From positions 96,001 through 160,000 of the IMG/VR virus record IMGVR_UViG_3300027754_005796: a DNA stretch of 64,000 nucleotides. One strand, 5' to 3'. The position numbers and the translations under genes are program-made. Under the pieces are notes generated by a model. That model was given only the letters and a program-made list of their open reading frames with translations, made no database searches and was not told where the DNA came from. The DNA comes from a virus. Within the stretch, counting starts at the first letter, position 1. The number at the start of each line of letters is the position of its first letter. This document shows positions 48,475 through 57,700 of this stretch, piece by piece.

Positions 48475-49149
48475 ATGCACCCCATGTTGCTTGTCAATAA
48501 TTTTGTCCCTCCTTACTGGTTGATGAGAATTCCACAGGACAATATTGCAATTGATAACATGATTTTGCAGAGATTTGGCAACAAATACATAATTAGCACA
48601 CAGGAAAGTCTGTGGATGACCTATAGCTTCGATACCGAAGAAGAGGCTCTTGAGCTTTACTCACATTATTATTGGGCTCAGGGGCATTGCGTTTGTACAG
48701 GACTAGGATTGGGAGTTCGGGAAGGTTGGTTGCTAAGAAATCCCAAAGTAACAAAAATTACCGTGATTGAGAAGAATGCATCAGTCATTGAGTTGCACAG
48801 AAAATACAATCCAGATTTTTCTAAATTAAACATTATTCAGGCTAACGCAAATGAAGTCAAAATGTCGTGCGACACTTTGTTGCCAGATCACTACAGCAAG
48901 GAAGATATCAATTTAATTCTATTGGATTTAGACAAACTGGCAGCTAATATTGACTGCAAAGTTATGTGGTTCTGGCCATTGGAGGAATTTTTGTTAGAGT
49001 TGGCAGCTTGTCGGACCTACATGAAAAAGTACATGGAGTTCAAAACGCAGCGTTATCCAAAGCTGCCTGACTGCACCACGCACGAACTCTACAATATTCT
49101 TTCTACTTGGTATACAACCTATGCGACAAGAGAAATTGAAGGTCGTTAG
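48475..49149 (+). CDS. Spermidine synthase-like methyltransferase
   Basis: GHCVCTGLGLG, ITVIEKNASVI. Confidence 0.65.
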   Translation: MHPMLLVNNFVPPYWLMRIPQDNIAIDNMILQRFGNKYIISTQESLWMTYSFDTEEEALELYSHYYWAQGHCVCTGLGLGVREGWLLRNPKVTKITVIEKNASVIELHRKYNPDFSKLNIIQANANEVKMSCDTLLPDHYSKEDINLILLDLDKLAANIDCKVMWFWPLEEFLLELAACRTYMKKYMEFKTQRYPKLPDCTTHELYNILSTWYTTYATREIEGR

Positions 49150-49355
49150 AACTTAGAAACTTCCAAAATGCATTCTTGTCCGCCTGCTGTATAAGGCCAA
49201 GGATCGAAAACGCAGGCGGTCACATCAACAGCTTCGTCTTTAGGCCAGTCATTTTTATTTTGATCAAAACTTGGCATTCTCGAATGCCAATGGATTCTGC
49301 CTTTTGATCCTTTGGTGAGGAAACCCGGATATAGATTTATGATTGAATCTCGCAT
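49146..49355 (-). CDS. Hypothetical protein
   Basis: 69-aa ORF, RBS AAGGA. Confidence 0.5.
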   Translation of the reverse strand: MRDSIINLYPGFLTKGSKGRIHWHSRMPSFDQNKNDWPKDEAVDVTACVFDPWPYTAGGQECILEVSKF

Positions 49356-49581
49356 TGTTCTTGTTTCCTTGAAAATTTAACCAAAAATAATCAAAAAAAA
49401 TTAATTTGTCAATCGGCAAATAATAAATAATATGTCCGATGAGTAAGGAGGCTTATGGTCATAATAATTGTGATTTTGTGTATTTTGATGTGTTTTTCTT
49501 GGTTTAGAACTTTTCAATTGCCTGAAATGAAAAAAATCAGTCGCATGAATGTGCGACTTTTAAGAAAAAGAATGAAGTAGG

Positions 49582-49842
49582 TTATTCAAGAATATCATCA
49601 ATATCATCAACGAATACTGGTGTATTCTCACCAAGCCATGCGCCAAGAACATTGAATTCAAAGTATTCAATAGCATCTTCAGTTGACATATCTTTGCTAA
49701 GAATTTCTATGCATTTTTGAACGCTGTAAGAAACAACGCATGGCTCCCCGCATCTCCTCGCAATTCCGATAATCGCCTCGTCAAATCCATCGGCAAAAAG
49801 AGCATCTGGATTTGACTCGGCAATTATCTCACGCAAACTCAT
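49582..49842 (-). CDS. Phage-type hypothetical protein
   Basis: ADGFDEAIIG...EDAIEYFEFNVLGAWLGENTPVF. Confidence 0.75.
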   Translation of the reverse strand: MSLREIIAESNPDALFADGFDEAIIGIARRCGEPCVVSYSVQKCIEILSKDMSTEDAIEYFEFNVLGAWLGENTPVFVDDIDDILE

Positions 49843-50402
49843 TTTTTTGCTTCCTTATCGAGGCCTAGAATTTCTGCTGGCTTTTTGGCTTTGCCCAGCA
49901 ACTTTTCCTTTTTCTCAAAATAAGCACTCCACAGTTCTGCGGATGCTTTTTTGTCTGATTCTTTTCCGAAAGGTCCAAAATCAACTAATTCTTTGTTCTG
50001 AGTTTTGGCGATGATCACGCAGGACTCATGGGCAGCTAAACTCACGAGAGGATGCCTGTCCTCTAGCAATCTAATAAGGCAGTCTGTAGGATCTTTCTTG
50101 ATGCCAAAATACCATGCTGCTGCGACTCTGTGGTTGTAATCGGTGCTTTTGACACTCAGTTCCACTAGCTCATCGTTGTTTTGATTTGCGAGGCTTTTTG
50201 CCATCGCCATGCAACGATTTGCAATCACCGCCATCTCAAGCCGAGTAAAGGTTTTTTCCTCGTCTGGGACCAATTTAGAGTCCGATGTGCTACCAGCACC
50301 TCCTTGACCAAGGGGGGCAGCAGCGGGTTTAGCTCAACCTGCTTCTGCCTTATGTTTCAAACATGTAAATACAACACCTATAACAACAAGATAGCGAAAC
50401 AT
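49839..50402 (-). CDS. Secreted HEAT-like protein with in-frame TGA at codon 23 (candidate selenoprotein)
   Basis: MFRYLVVIGVVFTCLKHKAEAG-(TGA 50336-50334)-AKPAAAPLGQGG..., in frame with ORF 49839-50273; HEAT-like LIRLLEDRHPLV. Confidence 0.6.
50289..50324 (-). promoter_or_regulatory. Candidate bacterial SECIS hairpin
   Basis: GCTGCTGCCCCCCTT-GGTC-AAGGAGGTGCTGGTAGC; G-initiated apical loop 24 nt after the UGA. Confidence 0.5.
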
Positions 50403-50415
50403 AAACACCGTGGGG

Positions 50416-50703
50416 TTAGGATTTGGAAAATCTCCAACCCAATATACTACGCTTTTTTTTGGTTGTAAAAGCAGAAATAAAAATTTCTGGTTCTGGCTCT
50501 TTTGGCTTGCCTTCTTTGACCTTAATTTTTAGGTGGTCGGTATCTGGATTATGGTTCACAGGCAACTCAGCCACGCTGATGGAGAAAACACTTCCATCCG
50601 TAAATTCCATGATGAATTCTTCAACATCTTTATTTTTCTGTAAGGCGGTTTCGATAGTTGGAATTTTTCTAACATTTTTAATCGTCTTGCCTTCAAGGTT
50701 CAT
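50416..50703 (-). CDS. Hypothetical protein
   Basis: MNLEGKTIKNV..MEFTDGS; RBS AAGGA. Confidence 0.6.
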   Translation of the reverse strand: MNLEGKTIKNVRKIPTIETALQKNKDVEEFIMEFTDGSVFSISVAELPVNHNPDTDHLKIKVKEGKPKEPEPEIFISAFTTKKKRSILGWRFSKS

Positions 50704-50772
50704 GGTGAAATCCTTTCAGAAATGTTTATACAGTACAATAACCTTTTCTCTCATTTAAGGCAACAGGAAATT

Positions 50773-51060
50773 ATGGCAAGTTTAGCGTTGTTGGCGGGTA
50801 TCATTTTTTTAACGGTTTTATTTTCTGGACCAATTGCATATATTGCTGCTCTTATCAGATTTGTTCCACAGCTAATTGTTAGTTTTCTTGCCACCGTTGC
50901 AATGTTTGCTGGATTTTATTGGTTGTTTTTGCCTATTAGTTTTATGAGATTATTTGGATTAATTCCAATTTATTTTTCTTTTAAGGCATTTGGACACAGA
51001 ATAGACAAGCTGGACGAAATTCACAACAATAAACAGGATACTAATGAAAATTCTTTTTAA
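50773..51060 (+). CDS. Membrane protein
   Basis: About three TM helices. Confidence 0.6.
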   Translation: MASLALLAGIIFLTVLFSGPIAYIAALIRFVPQLIVSFLATVAMFAGFYWLFLPISFMRLFGLIPIYFSFKAFGHRIDKLDEIHNNKQDTNENSF

Positions 51061-51134
51061 GCGTTTGTTTCAATTGCTGCTGGTTTTATTCTCATTGCAT
51101 GAATACATATTCAATATTGGAGCATAAGTGAATT

Positions 51135-51485
51135 ATGAGTTATTTATTGAAACTTGCAGGTCTTCTGAATGAATCCACAGGACAGGAAATGGAGACATTT
51201 GCCCAAAAACGACATGATGGTGCGGAAAAGATTGCAGACACCGCCAAAGACAAGGGTGGTTCAGCACTCCTGACTTACAATCACTTTAAGGTCAAACTCC
51301 CTTATTACAAAAAGGCAGCACAGGGAAAGTTTGATTTTGATTCTTATAAAAAAGAATATGTAAAGCTTTGCAGCGAGCTACACTCGCATATGAATAAAAT
51401 AGAGCAGTTTGACCAGACTAAGTTCCAAGAACTGGTTGGCAAGCTCGAGGCTGTGGGTGAGTTATTGATTAGCAGCAAGTCTTAA
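51135..51485 (+). CDS. Hypothetical protein (possible virion-internal)
   Basis: LLKLAGLLNE N-terminus. Confidence 0.6.
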   Translation: MSYLLKLAGLLNESTGQEMETFAQKRHDGAEKIADTAKDKGGSALLTYNHFKVKLPYYKKAAQGKFDFDSYKKEYVKLCSELHSHMNKIEQFDQTKFQELVGKLEAVGELLISSKS

Positions 51486-51512
51486 AAGGCGAAAGTAACC
51501 TTACATATTCTT

Positions 51513-53159
51513 TTATTTACTTGTTGTAGCACCATATAGATAATTTCTTCTCCATTTTCTTGTATCGTCTTCTTGCTTCTTTATAGACAACATCCTTTCT
51601 TTTCTGTTTTTTTGAGTGTCTGATAATTTTTGAATAATATCTTTTTCTTTTTCAGGATGTAGCAATAAAATACGATCAAGAAATGAATTGTTCAATAAAA
51701 TTTTATGGTCATACCAAGTGAATATGTTGTTGGCAAATGTTTTAATTAATTTATCATAAATCCTATCCATTTTACCAGTTGTTCCTGAAAATTGCAAATA
51801 GTCAATGTTTTTTGTCTCTAATAATTTTCTTATAACTAACATCAATTTTGTGTAGATGGCAATACTATTGCCGTCTTCTAATTCAGTAGCATTAAAACCA
51901 TTAGGACCTATGAAATCAACACCATAACCGTTTGCTTTGATCGTTATCGGCAAATCTTTTGTGGCACCACTAAAAAACCATGCATTTTTCTTACTAGTGG
52001 TTGGCAATTGAAAATTTTCAATTTTATTGAAAAAAACATTATATTCTTCGTTGTTGTAATGCCAGCTATGATAATATCCATGACCAGTTCTATTGATTTC
52101 AATGTTGCTTATATCTGCTTTATTAAGGTCGATGAATTCAACAATATGCTCCATTTGTTTTATTCTATCAGTTCTAAAGATTCCAGCATTCTTAATTGCC
52201 GACAAGTGGCCAAGACTAACTCCAGAGCCAGTCACTTCAGGATCAACAGAACCTAAAAAATTCTTCTCTCTGTCTAGCAAATCTGCTAAGTTTCTTTTAG
52301 GGGCATAAGGATTTATATTGAATATTTGATTATTTACATTTAATGTGATCTTCCCTTTTCCGGCTTTCACAATTTTTTGACTAACAATCTGGCACCAATC
52401 GTCCCATAAAATTTTTGACACATTATCCTGATACAGTTCCTCTAAAGCATTTAGAAAATTAACATAACCAGAAAGTCCAACATCGCTTGTCTTTACATTG
52501 ATTACATTATCTTTATTCATTGAAAATCCAGATTTTCTGCCCTTTTCTCGTATGTCGTTTTGAATCATACCAGAATAAGCTCTAACATTGACTGAATCCA
52601 AACAACCAAATTTTCCAATTATCAACTGACAAGCAAAAGCTGATTTTATAATTCCCAAACCATTGATGTTTTCTATAATATATTTAAATATTCTATAATC
52701 AGATGAATCACTTAGGCTTGTATGTGATGAATCCTTCATCATGCTCATAATATTTGCATAAGTAGTATTTCTTTTTCCCCAAAGTTGTTCAAGATAAACT
52801 GCTCGACTCGGCGACTTTTTGCGGCTAGCTCCTAAAAGATTTGCATATTGATTAAAAGATGTATTAGCGTAATTCCAATCTCCTGTAGGAACTGCCTCTT
52901 CAAATACCCATTTAATGAAATCTGCAAATGTGTGGTGAACTATTTGCCATTCTTTTTGAATTGTGTAAAGAACAAAAGCAAAAACTATAAACATATGAGT
53001 CGAATTCTCTTTGGCAAAAGTATTGATTTGAGGATTGTGTGAACAAAATCCACTCAAATGGGAATCTCTTTTTTTTCCAAGATTTATCATGTCAGCCTGA
53101 TTAGGAGCCAACAAAGGACTTTCTTCTGCAAATAGCCAATCTTTAAAATTAATATGCAT
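51513..53159 (-). CDS. Two-domain protein: HhH-glycosylase-like N-domain + domain shared with 53163-53924
   Basis: INGLGIIKSAFACQLIIGKFGCLDSVN; C-domain NGYGVDFIGP..KMDRIYDK. Confidence 0.55.
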   Translation of the reverse strand: MHINFKDWLFAEESPLLAPNQADMINLGKKRDSHLSGFCSHNPQINTFAKENSTHMFIVFAFVLYTIQKEWQIVHHTFADFIKWVFEEAVPTGDWNYANTSFNQYANLLGASRKKSPSRAVYLEQLWGKRNTTYANIMSMMKDSSHTSLSDSSDYRIFKYIIENINGLGIIKSAFACQLIIGKFGCLDSVNVRAYSGMIQNDIREKGRKSGFSMNKDNVINVKTSDVGLSGYVNFLNALEELYQDNVSKILWDDWCQIVSQKIVKAGKGKITLNVNNQIFNINPYAPKRNLADLLDREKNFLGSVDPEVTGSGVSLGHLSAIKNAGIFRTDRIKQMEHIVEFIDLNKADISNIEINRTGHGYYHSWHYNNEEYNVFFNKIENFQLPTTSKKNAWFFSGATKDLPITIKANGYGVDFIGPNGFNATELEDGNSIAIYTKLMLVIRKLLETKNIDYLQFSGTTGKMDRIYDKLIKTFANNIFTWYDHKILLNNSFLDRILLLHPEKEKDIIQKLSDTQKNRKERMLSIKKQEDDTRKWRRNYLYGATTSK

Positions 53160-53162
53160 AAA

Positions 53163-53924
53163 TTATCTATGTATCAGCCGTCTAAATGATGGTAATTTTT
53201 TATTTGTGAAAACTGATGGAACATCAACTATAGTTGATGGAGTTGATGGAGTTGATGGAGTTGATGGATTTAATGGAGTTAATGGAGTTGATGGATTCTT
53301 AATCATATTCTTACGCTTCAATATTCTCTTATCATCTTCTTGTTTTTTTATAGAAGACAACCTTTCTTCTCTGGATTTTTTTGTATCTGATAATTTATCC
53401 ATAATATTTTTTGAATTTTTTGGATATAGCAATAGAATGCGATCAAGAAATGAATTATTCAATAAAATTTTATTATTATACCAAGTAAATTTATTGCTAG
53501 CGAATGATTTTACAAATTTGTCATAAATCCTATCCATTTTATCGGTCATTCCTGCAAATCTTAAAAAGTCAACACTTTGCATCTCTAATAATTTTCTTAT
53601 AATCAATATCATTTGCTTGTAGATGACAAGACTATCTTCTCCTGATGAGTCGGTAGGCTGAAATCCTCTCGGACCTACAAAATCAACAATATAGCCATTT
53701 GCTTCGATGTTTTTTGGCGAACCCAAAGAATTCGCTGGCATTTCAAAAACATGAATTCTATCAAAATAGACATAATATTCTTGATTTTTATGTTCCCAAG
53801 AAGATTCATATCCATAACCATTGCTTTTTAATTCAATATTGTTTATATCTGATTTATTAGGGTCTATAAATTCAATAATTTTATTATCTTCTAAAAAAAA
53901 CCACTCTTTGAAATTAATTTCCAT
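53163..53924 (-). CDS. Paralog of the C-terminal domain of 51513-53159
   Basis: NGYIVDFVGP..KMDRIYDK..ILLNNSFLDRILLL shared; PST-repeat tail. Confidence 0.7.
   Translation of the reverse strand: MEINFKEWFFLEDNKIIEFIDPNKSDINNIELKSNGYGYESSWEHKNQEYYVYFDRIHVFEMPANSLGSPKNIEANGYIVDFVGPRGFQPTDSSGEDSLVIYKQMILIIRKLLEMQSVDFLRFAGMTDKMDRIYDKFVKSFASNKFTWYNNKILLNNSFLDRILLLYPKNSKNIMDKLSDTKKSREERLSSIKKQEDDKRILKRKNMIKNPSTPLTPLNPSTPSTPSTPSTIVDVPSVFTNKKLPSFRRLIHR
53214..53297. repeat. 9-bp tandem repeat (GTTGATGGA) coding Pro-Ser-Thr
   Basis: In-frame repeat within CDS 53163-53924. Confidence 0.85.
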
Positions 53925-53957
53925 AACTTATTTATTGATTTATTTTTTAAAAAATGT

Positions 53958-53965
53958 TATAAATA
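53958..53965 (+). promoter_or_regulatory. T4-type late-promoter-like TATAAATA
   Basis: Exact TATAAATA 5 nt before ATG 53971. Confidence 0.45.
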
Positions 53966-53970
53966 AAAAT

Positions 53971-54327
53971 ATGAATACATTTATTCAATACATTGAATCT
54001 CAACAAAATGTAACTCGTTATGTACACTTAAATGGAATGGGCATACTTAACAATGCCGCTCTCGACTATAGCAAATTATCTGACTCGCAATATGAATCTG
54101 TGGAAGAAGAAATGTTAGGGATGCAACAACCTCCAAGCTTTCTGCATGGAAAATCCGCAATATTTGCATTCACCCCAGAAGGTGAACAAAAACATAAAAA
54201 ATTGATCAAACTTCTAAGCAAAGCTTCTAAAACCAAAGTTATCAAAAAAATCCTTAAAATAAATCAGTATGATATAGTATGGACAAGCGTAGACGGACAA
54301 GTTGCTCTAATTCCAAAGTTGATTTAA
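53971..54327 (+). CDS. Hypothetical protein with MNTFIQYIE N-terminus
   Basis: Probable start 53971. Confidence 0.6.
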   Translation: MNTFIQYIESQQNVTRYVHLNGMGILNNAALDYSKLSDSQYESVEEEMLGMQQPPSFLHGKSAIFAFTPEGEQKHKKLIKLLSKASKTKVIKKILKINQYDIVWTSVDGQVALIPKLI

Positions 54328-54749
54328 TCGCCAAAATTTGTACACCAATAGGGTTGACCTTTTGAATTTCTCGCCATGCCAAATCCGACTTTGGTGAAGT
54401 TTTTATTGAGAATATTGTGCCTATGAGGTTTTGAGTGCATCCAAGTATCTGTCACTACAGCTTCGTCTTTTTGGTTCCATGCAATATTTTCACCGGTAAT
54501 TCTGTACTTGCCTACTAAATTGTCGATGTTGCTATGTTTCATCCAGCTACGGCTGGACATCCATTGTGCATGTTTTTGAGCGTAATCTGCCAAATAAGAA
54601 TCCATAACCAATGGCTTAAGTTCGTTCTCTGATCGTTGTTGGTTATGCAGCGTAAGCAGCAGTTCTGCGTCGAGCGGTTTTTGATTTTGCTGGCCACAGC
54701 CCGCAACGAACACAAGCAGGGCTGTTGCAATGCCGAATAATTTTCTCAT
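54324..54749 (-). CDS. CAP/SCP-domain lipoprotein
   Basis: Lipobox VAGC; HNQQR, AQKHAQWM, GENIAW, WMHSKPHRHNIL, YWCTNFG. Confidence 0.9.
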   Translation of the reverse strand: MRKLFGIATALLVFVAGCGQQNQKPLDAELLLTLHNQQRSENELKPLVMDSYLADYAQKHAQWMSSRSWMKHSNIDNLVGKYRITGENIAWNQKDEAVVTDTWMHSKPHRHNILNKNFTKVGFGMARNSKGQPYWCTNFGD

Positions 54750-54767
54750 GTGTCTCCTTGCACATAT

Positions 54768-55187
54768 TTAGTCAAGCTCCTTCAGTAACAATTTGTGTGT
54801 TTCTTCAATCTGCTTCATTATTGTCTCTGAAGGCGAGATGAATGTGAATTCAACTGTGTTTCCAGTTGTGGTCATGACGGGAGTTTCAAAAATGCGATGA
54901 ACCAATTTGATGTTGTTGTAATGATTACGGAGTCTTCTTGACAAATGAATTCGGGCAGCTTGCATTAAAATGTTTGCAGCTAGTAACAATCCAAGTACCA
55001 AAGAAGCGATATATTCGCTTTCACGGAGTACGGCTATAAAGGAGCAAAGACAAAGACAAAAACAAAAAATCATCGTCGGTTCAAAATAAGGCAAGGGTTT
55101 TGGTATTTGAAGTTTGATGATATTTTTGCGTTCTTCAGGGGGTAAAAAATTTGTAATCATTATTATGTTGGATAAATAAGGTTTCAC
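54768..55187 (-). CDS. Membrane hypothetical protein
   Basis: Two TM segments. Confidence 0.5.
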   Translation of the reverse strand: MKPYLSNIIMITNFLPPEERKNIIKLQIPKPLPYFEPTMIFCFCLCLCSFIAVLRESEYIASLVLGLLLAANILMQAARIHLSRRLRNHYNNIKLVHRIFETPVMTTTGNTVEFTFISPSETIMKQIEETHKLLLKELD

Positions 55188-55215
55188 TTGTGGTTAAAAC
55201 ACGAAAAACAAAAAA

Positions 55216-55245
55216 AGCGGGAAGGATCATATGGTCCTTCCCGCT
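55216..55245 (-). terminator. Intrinsic terminator
   Basis: AGCGGGAAGGATC-ATAT-GGTCCTTCCCGCT with an A-run on the + side. Confidence 0.85.
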
Positions 55246-55251
55246 GTATTT

Positions 55252-55509
55252 TTAATGGTTCTTGCAACACTCATTTGCATGAGTGTGCTCATGTCTGGTA
55301 CAAGTTTGGGTTTCTCCGCAACTAGCATCTCCTTCCATTTTTTCGGCAGCGTCATGGGCGTGTTCGTATAGTCGAAGCATACTGACTGCCATGCGGTGGG
55401 CATCGGTTGCTTCTAATGCCAGATTTTCCCAATCTACGGCGACATCGGAATCGAGCTTGACTGTTACGCCGTCTTCGACATCGGTAAGCGTAATGATAAC
55501 GGTGGACAC
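55252..55509 (-). CDS. Hypothetical protein with His/Cys-rich tail
   Basis: GTG start after AGGAG. Confidence 0.55.
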   Translation of the reverse strand: MSTVIITLTDVEDGVTVKLDSDVAVDWENLALEATDAHRMAVSMLRLYEHAHDAAEKMEGDASCGETQTCTRHEHTHANECCKNH

Positions 55510-55519
55510 AGGTTTACTC

Positions 55520-56104
55520 CTATTTTTTGGGCTGTGATTCTTTCTTAGTAGTATCATTCTGCGTTTTTTTCTTTTCATCCTGTGCTTTTTGCTTGGACTC
55601 TTGGATTTCCTTGCGTGCTTCTGCGTCTATTCCACGGGCTTCTTCACGCATTTTTGCAAACTTTTTTTCTGCTAATTCAATCGATTTTTCACGAATTTCA
55701 GGAGGGCAGTTCAAGTCTTCTGCTGCTTGGTGATAGCCTTTCACATAGGCGTTTTCTTCCATGAATTCAGCCTGCGAGAGACCTTTGTAATACCATTCAT
55801 GACCGAATGCAGAGGCGATATTTTGATCAGGGGCAAGATTGGTTGCTACTGAAACCATTCCTTCCACCCTTCCTTGGTTGCGGGCATTTTCTATGTTTTG
55901 CTCACGCAGTTCGCTCATTCTGCTGAGGACGATTTCGTTAAAACCATCATTCAACAGACTTTCTTTTTCCTTGGTGATATCTTTGATCATGCTCAATCTG
56001 TTGATTTGATTTTGTTGGACAATGTTGTAGCCAACCGACATGGCAGCAGCAACAGAGGTCAAGACCGCAAAGGCGGTGCTATTTTTGTTGAAAAAGTCGC
56101 TCAT
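55520..56104 (-). CDS. Membrane-anchored hypothetical protein
   Basis: N-terminal hydrophobic helix; YxKG motifs. Confidence 0.65.
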   Translation of the reverse strand: MSDFFNKNSTAFAVLTSVAAAMSVGYNIVQQNQINRLSMIKDITKEKESLLNDGFNEIVLSRMSELREQNIENARNQGRVEGMVSVATNLAPDQNIASAFGHEWYYKGLSQAEFMEENAYVKGYHQAAEDLNCPPEIREKSIELAEKKFAKMREEARGIDAEARKEIQESKQKAQDEKKKTQNDTTKKESQPKK

Positions 56105-56181
56105 CGACAGACTCCAATTTGAGGCGGGAAAACAAGCTTTTCAGAGTCTGCCAAAATATTAAATAATTTGCAAGGTTGAAA

Positions 56182-56583
56182 TCACTTTTTTTTGGTTGGA
56201 AATTTGCGCTTTATTGCGGTTTTTTCCTCGCCATGAATATCAATTTCAAGAGCTTCTTCAGCTTCTTGATCGTTTTGCCTTTCTACTTCTTCGGTGAAGA
56301 TACTTGCAGTTTCTCCCATGATTTGCATGTCATCGGGCTGGTCTTGTATCAATTGAAGGACTACGCATCCGCTCTTGGTGAGTTCCAGTTTGAGTGCGTT
56401 TATGTCGTAGTCTTTAAAGTTGTCTGGATAAAGCTCATCTCGTCGCCATTTAATTTTCCAACACGAAGGATCATCCTCTTCATCATCTCCCTTCAGATAA
56501 TTCTCTGCCATACAAATGGCAATTTCTGGGCTTGTGGCTCCCTTGGGGACAGGGTCATATCCCACATGGACGAAACAATTCAT
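56182..56583 (-). CDS. Acidic hypothetical protein
   Basis: Start after GGAGG. Confidence 0.55.
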   Translation of the reverse strand: MNCFVHVGYDPVPKGATSPEIAICMAENYLKGDDEEDDPSCWKIKWRRDELYPDNFKDYDINALKLELTKSGCVVLQLIQDQPDDMQIMGETASIFTEEVERQNDQEAEEALEIDIHGEEKTAIKRKFPTKKK

Positions 56584-56810
56584 AGTTTTCCTCCCATGTA
56601 TTCGTCCATGCATTTAACGATCTCATGCTTGATGTGGTCCAAGCCTCGATTCCTGCATAATGGACAAACAGCACACTTGTATGTATACAGAGTGCGATAG
56701 AAAGGTGGCAGACCTTCGTTTTCTACCAGTCTGAACGACTGGCATTCTCTGCTGATTTTTAAGCAGAAAATACATTGCCCAAGCCCTTTTGCGGAAAATT
56801 CAATTTCCAT
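56580..56810 (-). CDS. Zn-finger hypothetical protein
   Basis: CIFC...CPLC. Confidence 0.55.
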   Translation of the reverse strand: MEIEFSAKGLGQCIFCLKISRECQSFRLVENEGLPPFYRTLYTYKCAVCPLCRNRGLDHIKHEIVKCMDEYMGGKL

Positions 56811-57240
56811 CGGTGCTAGGCTCCGCTTTAAGGTAAATATTTTCCGGTGGCTTGTTGTAGTACATGGTCATATATGGGCAAATCCAAGCGCATTGTCCCG
56901 GCATAACACTCTTGAAGTTCAATTCCTCGATAGAGTAGACCCAACCATCGAATTTGGTTTCTTGGTATTTCAGCAGGACATCGGCGTTAGGGAAATAATT
57001 CTCTGAAAATAGTGCAATAAAACCCTTATTTTCAATGTCTGGAATTTTCAGGGCTTTGCATCCTGAAACAATCAGTCTGTCGATGCCGATAATCAGAGGG
57101 CTTAGACAGTAGTCTGTAAACTCTGCCGGTGCGAAGTCAAAAAGCCTTCCTTTGTGCTCAAAGACCCATCTGCCATTTTTGAGTGAACACAAAAGGGTAT
57201 TGACCCCGATTTTATCAAAATCGTTTTTATCATTGTTCAT
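56800..57240 (-). CDS. Hypothetical protein (DUF6717-like)
   Basis: WVFE.., FIALFSENYFP, DGWVY, AWICP..YY..PPENIY. Confidence 0.5.
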   Translation of the reverse strand: MNNDKNDFDKIGVNTLLCSLKNGRWVFEHKGRLFDFAPAEFTDYCLSPLIIGIDRLIVSGCKALKIPDIENKGFIALFSENYFPNADVLLKYQETKFDGWVYSIEELNFKSVMPGQCAWICPYMTMYYNKPPENIYLKAEPSTDGN

Positions 57241-57700
57241 GGCGAGGGAACCTGACTTCCTGTTTAATGGTGTCGATTATTTCCATCGGTTCAATATTCT
57301 TGTCGGGTTCTAGCAAAACCCGGAGGAAAAAATTGTAGCTTCTCTTGCCGTGCTGCAATTTGCCCCTCAGCATCAACTGCGGTCTGGCAAAATTGTCGTC
57401 CGTGGTACAAGTTGAACCTACGGCCATGTTAGTAATAGTAATGTCATCATGAGCCGTAAAAGATGATACATCAAAAATAAAAGGTGGCCAGAATTTCTCG
57501 CCGTCCTTTGCTCCTCCATAAAGCTCCTGCACGCATGGCGCAGCCCAAATTTCCCAAACCTTAAGCTTCGGATTACGGTCAATTTTGACCGCAAAACGAG
57601 CAGAGGGTGCTCGATATTGCCAGTTTTCCCAGCAAATATCGAGCACCCTCTGAAGCCATTTTGGAGCGTCATTCTGCATTAGACTACCTCGGACAGACAA
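57230..57700 (-). CDS. Hypothetical protein
   Basis: ELYGGAKDGEK motif; lies in an overlapping operon. Confidence 0.6.
   Translation of the reverse strand: MSVRGSLMQNDAPKWLQRVLDICWENWQYRAPSARFAVKIDRNPKLKVWEIWAAPCVQELYGGAKDGEKFWPPFIFDVSSFTAHDDITITNMAVGSTCTTDDNFARPQLMLRGKLQHGKRSYNFFLRVLLEPDKNIEPMEIIDTIKQEVRFPRHEQ

Noticed and set aside
53214-53297. 9-bp repeat as iteron/origin
   Set aside because: It lies in frame in a CDS and encodes a Pro-Ser-Thr linker.
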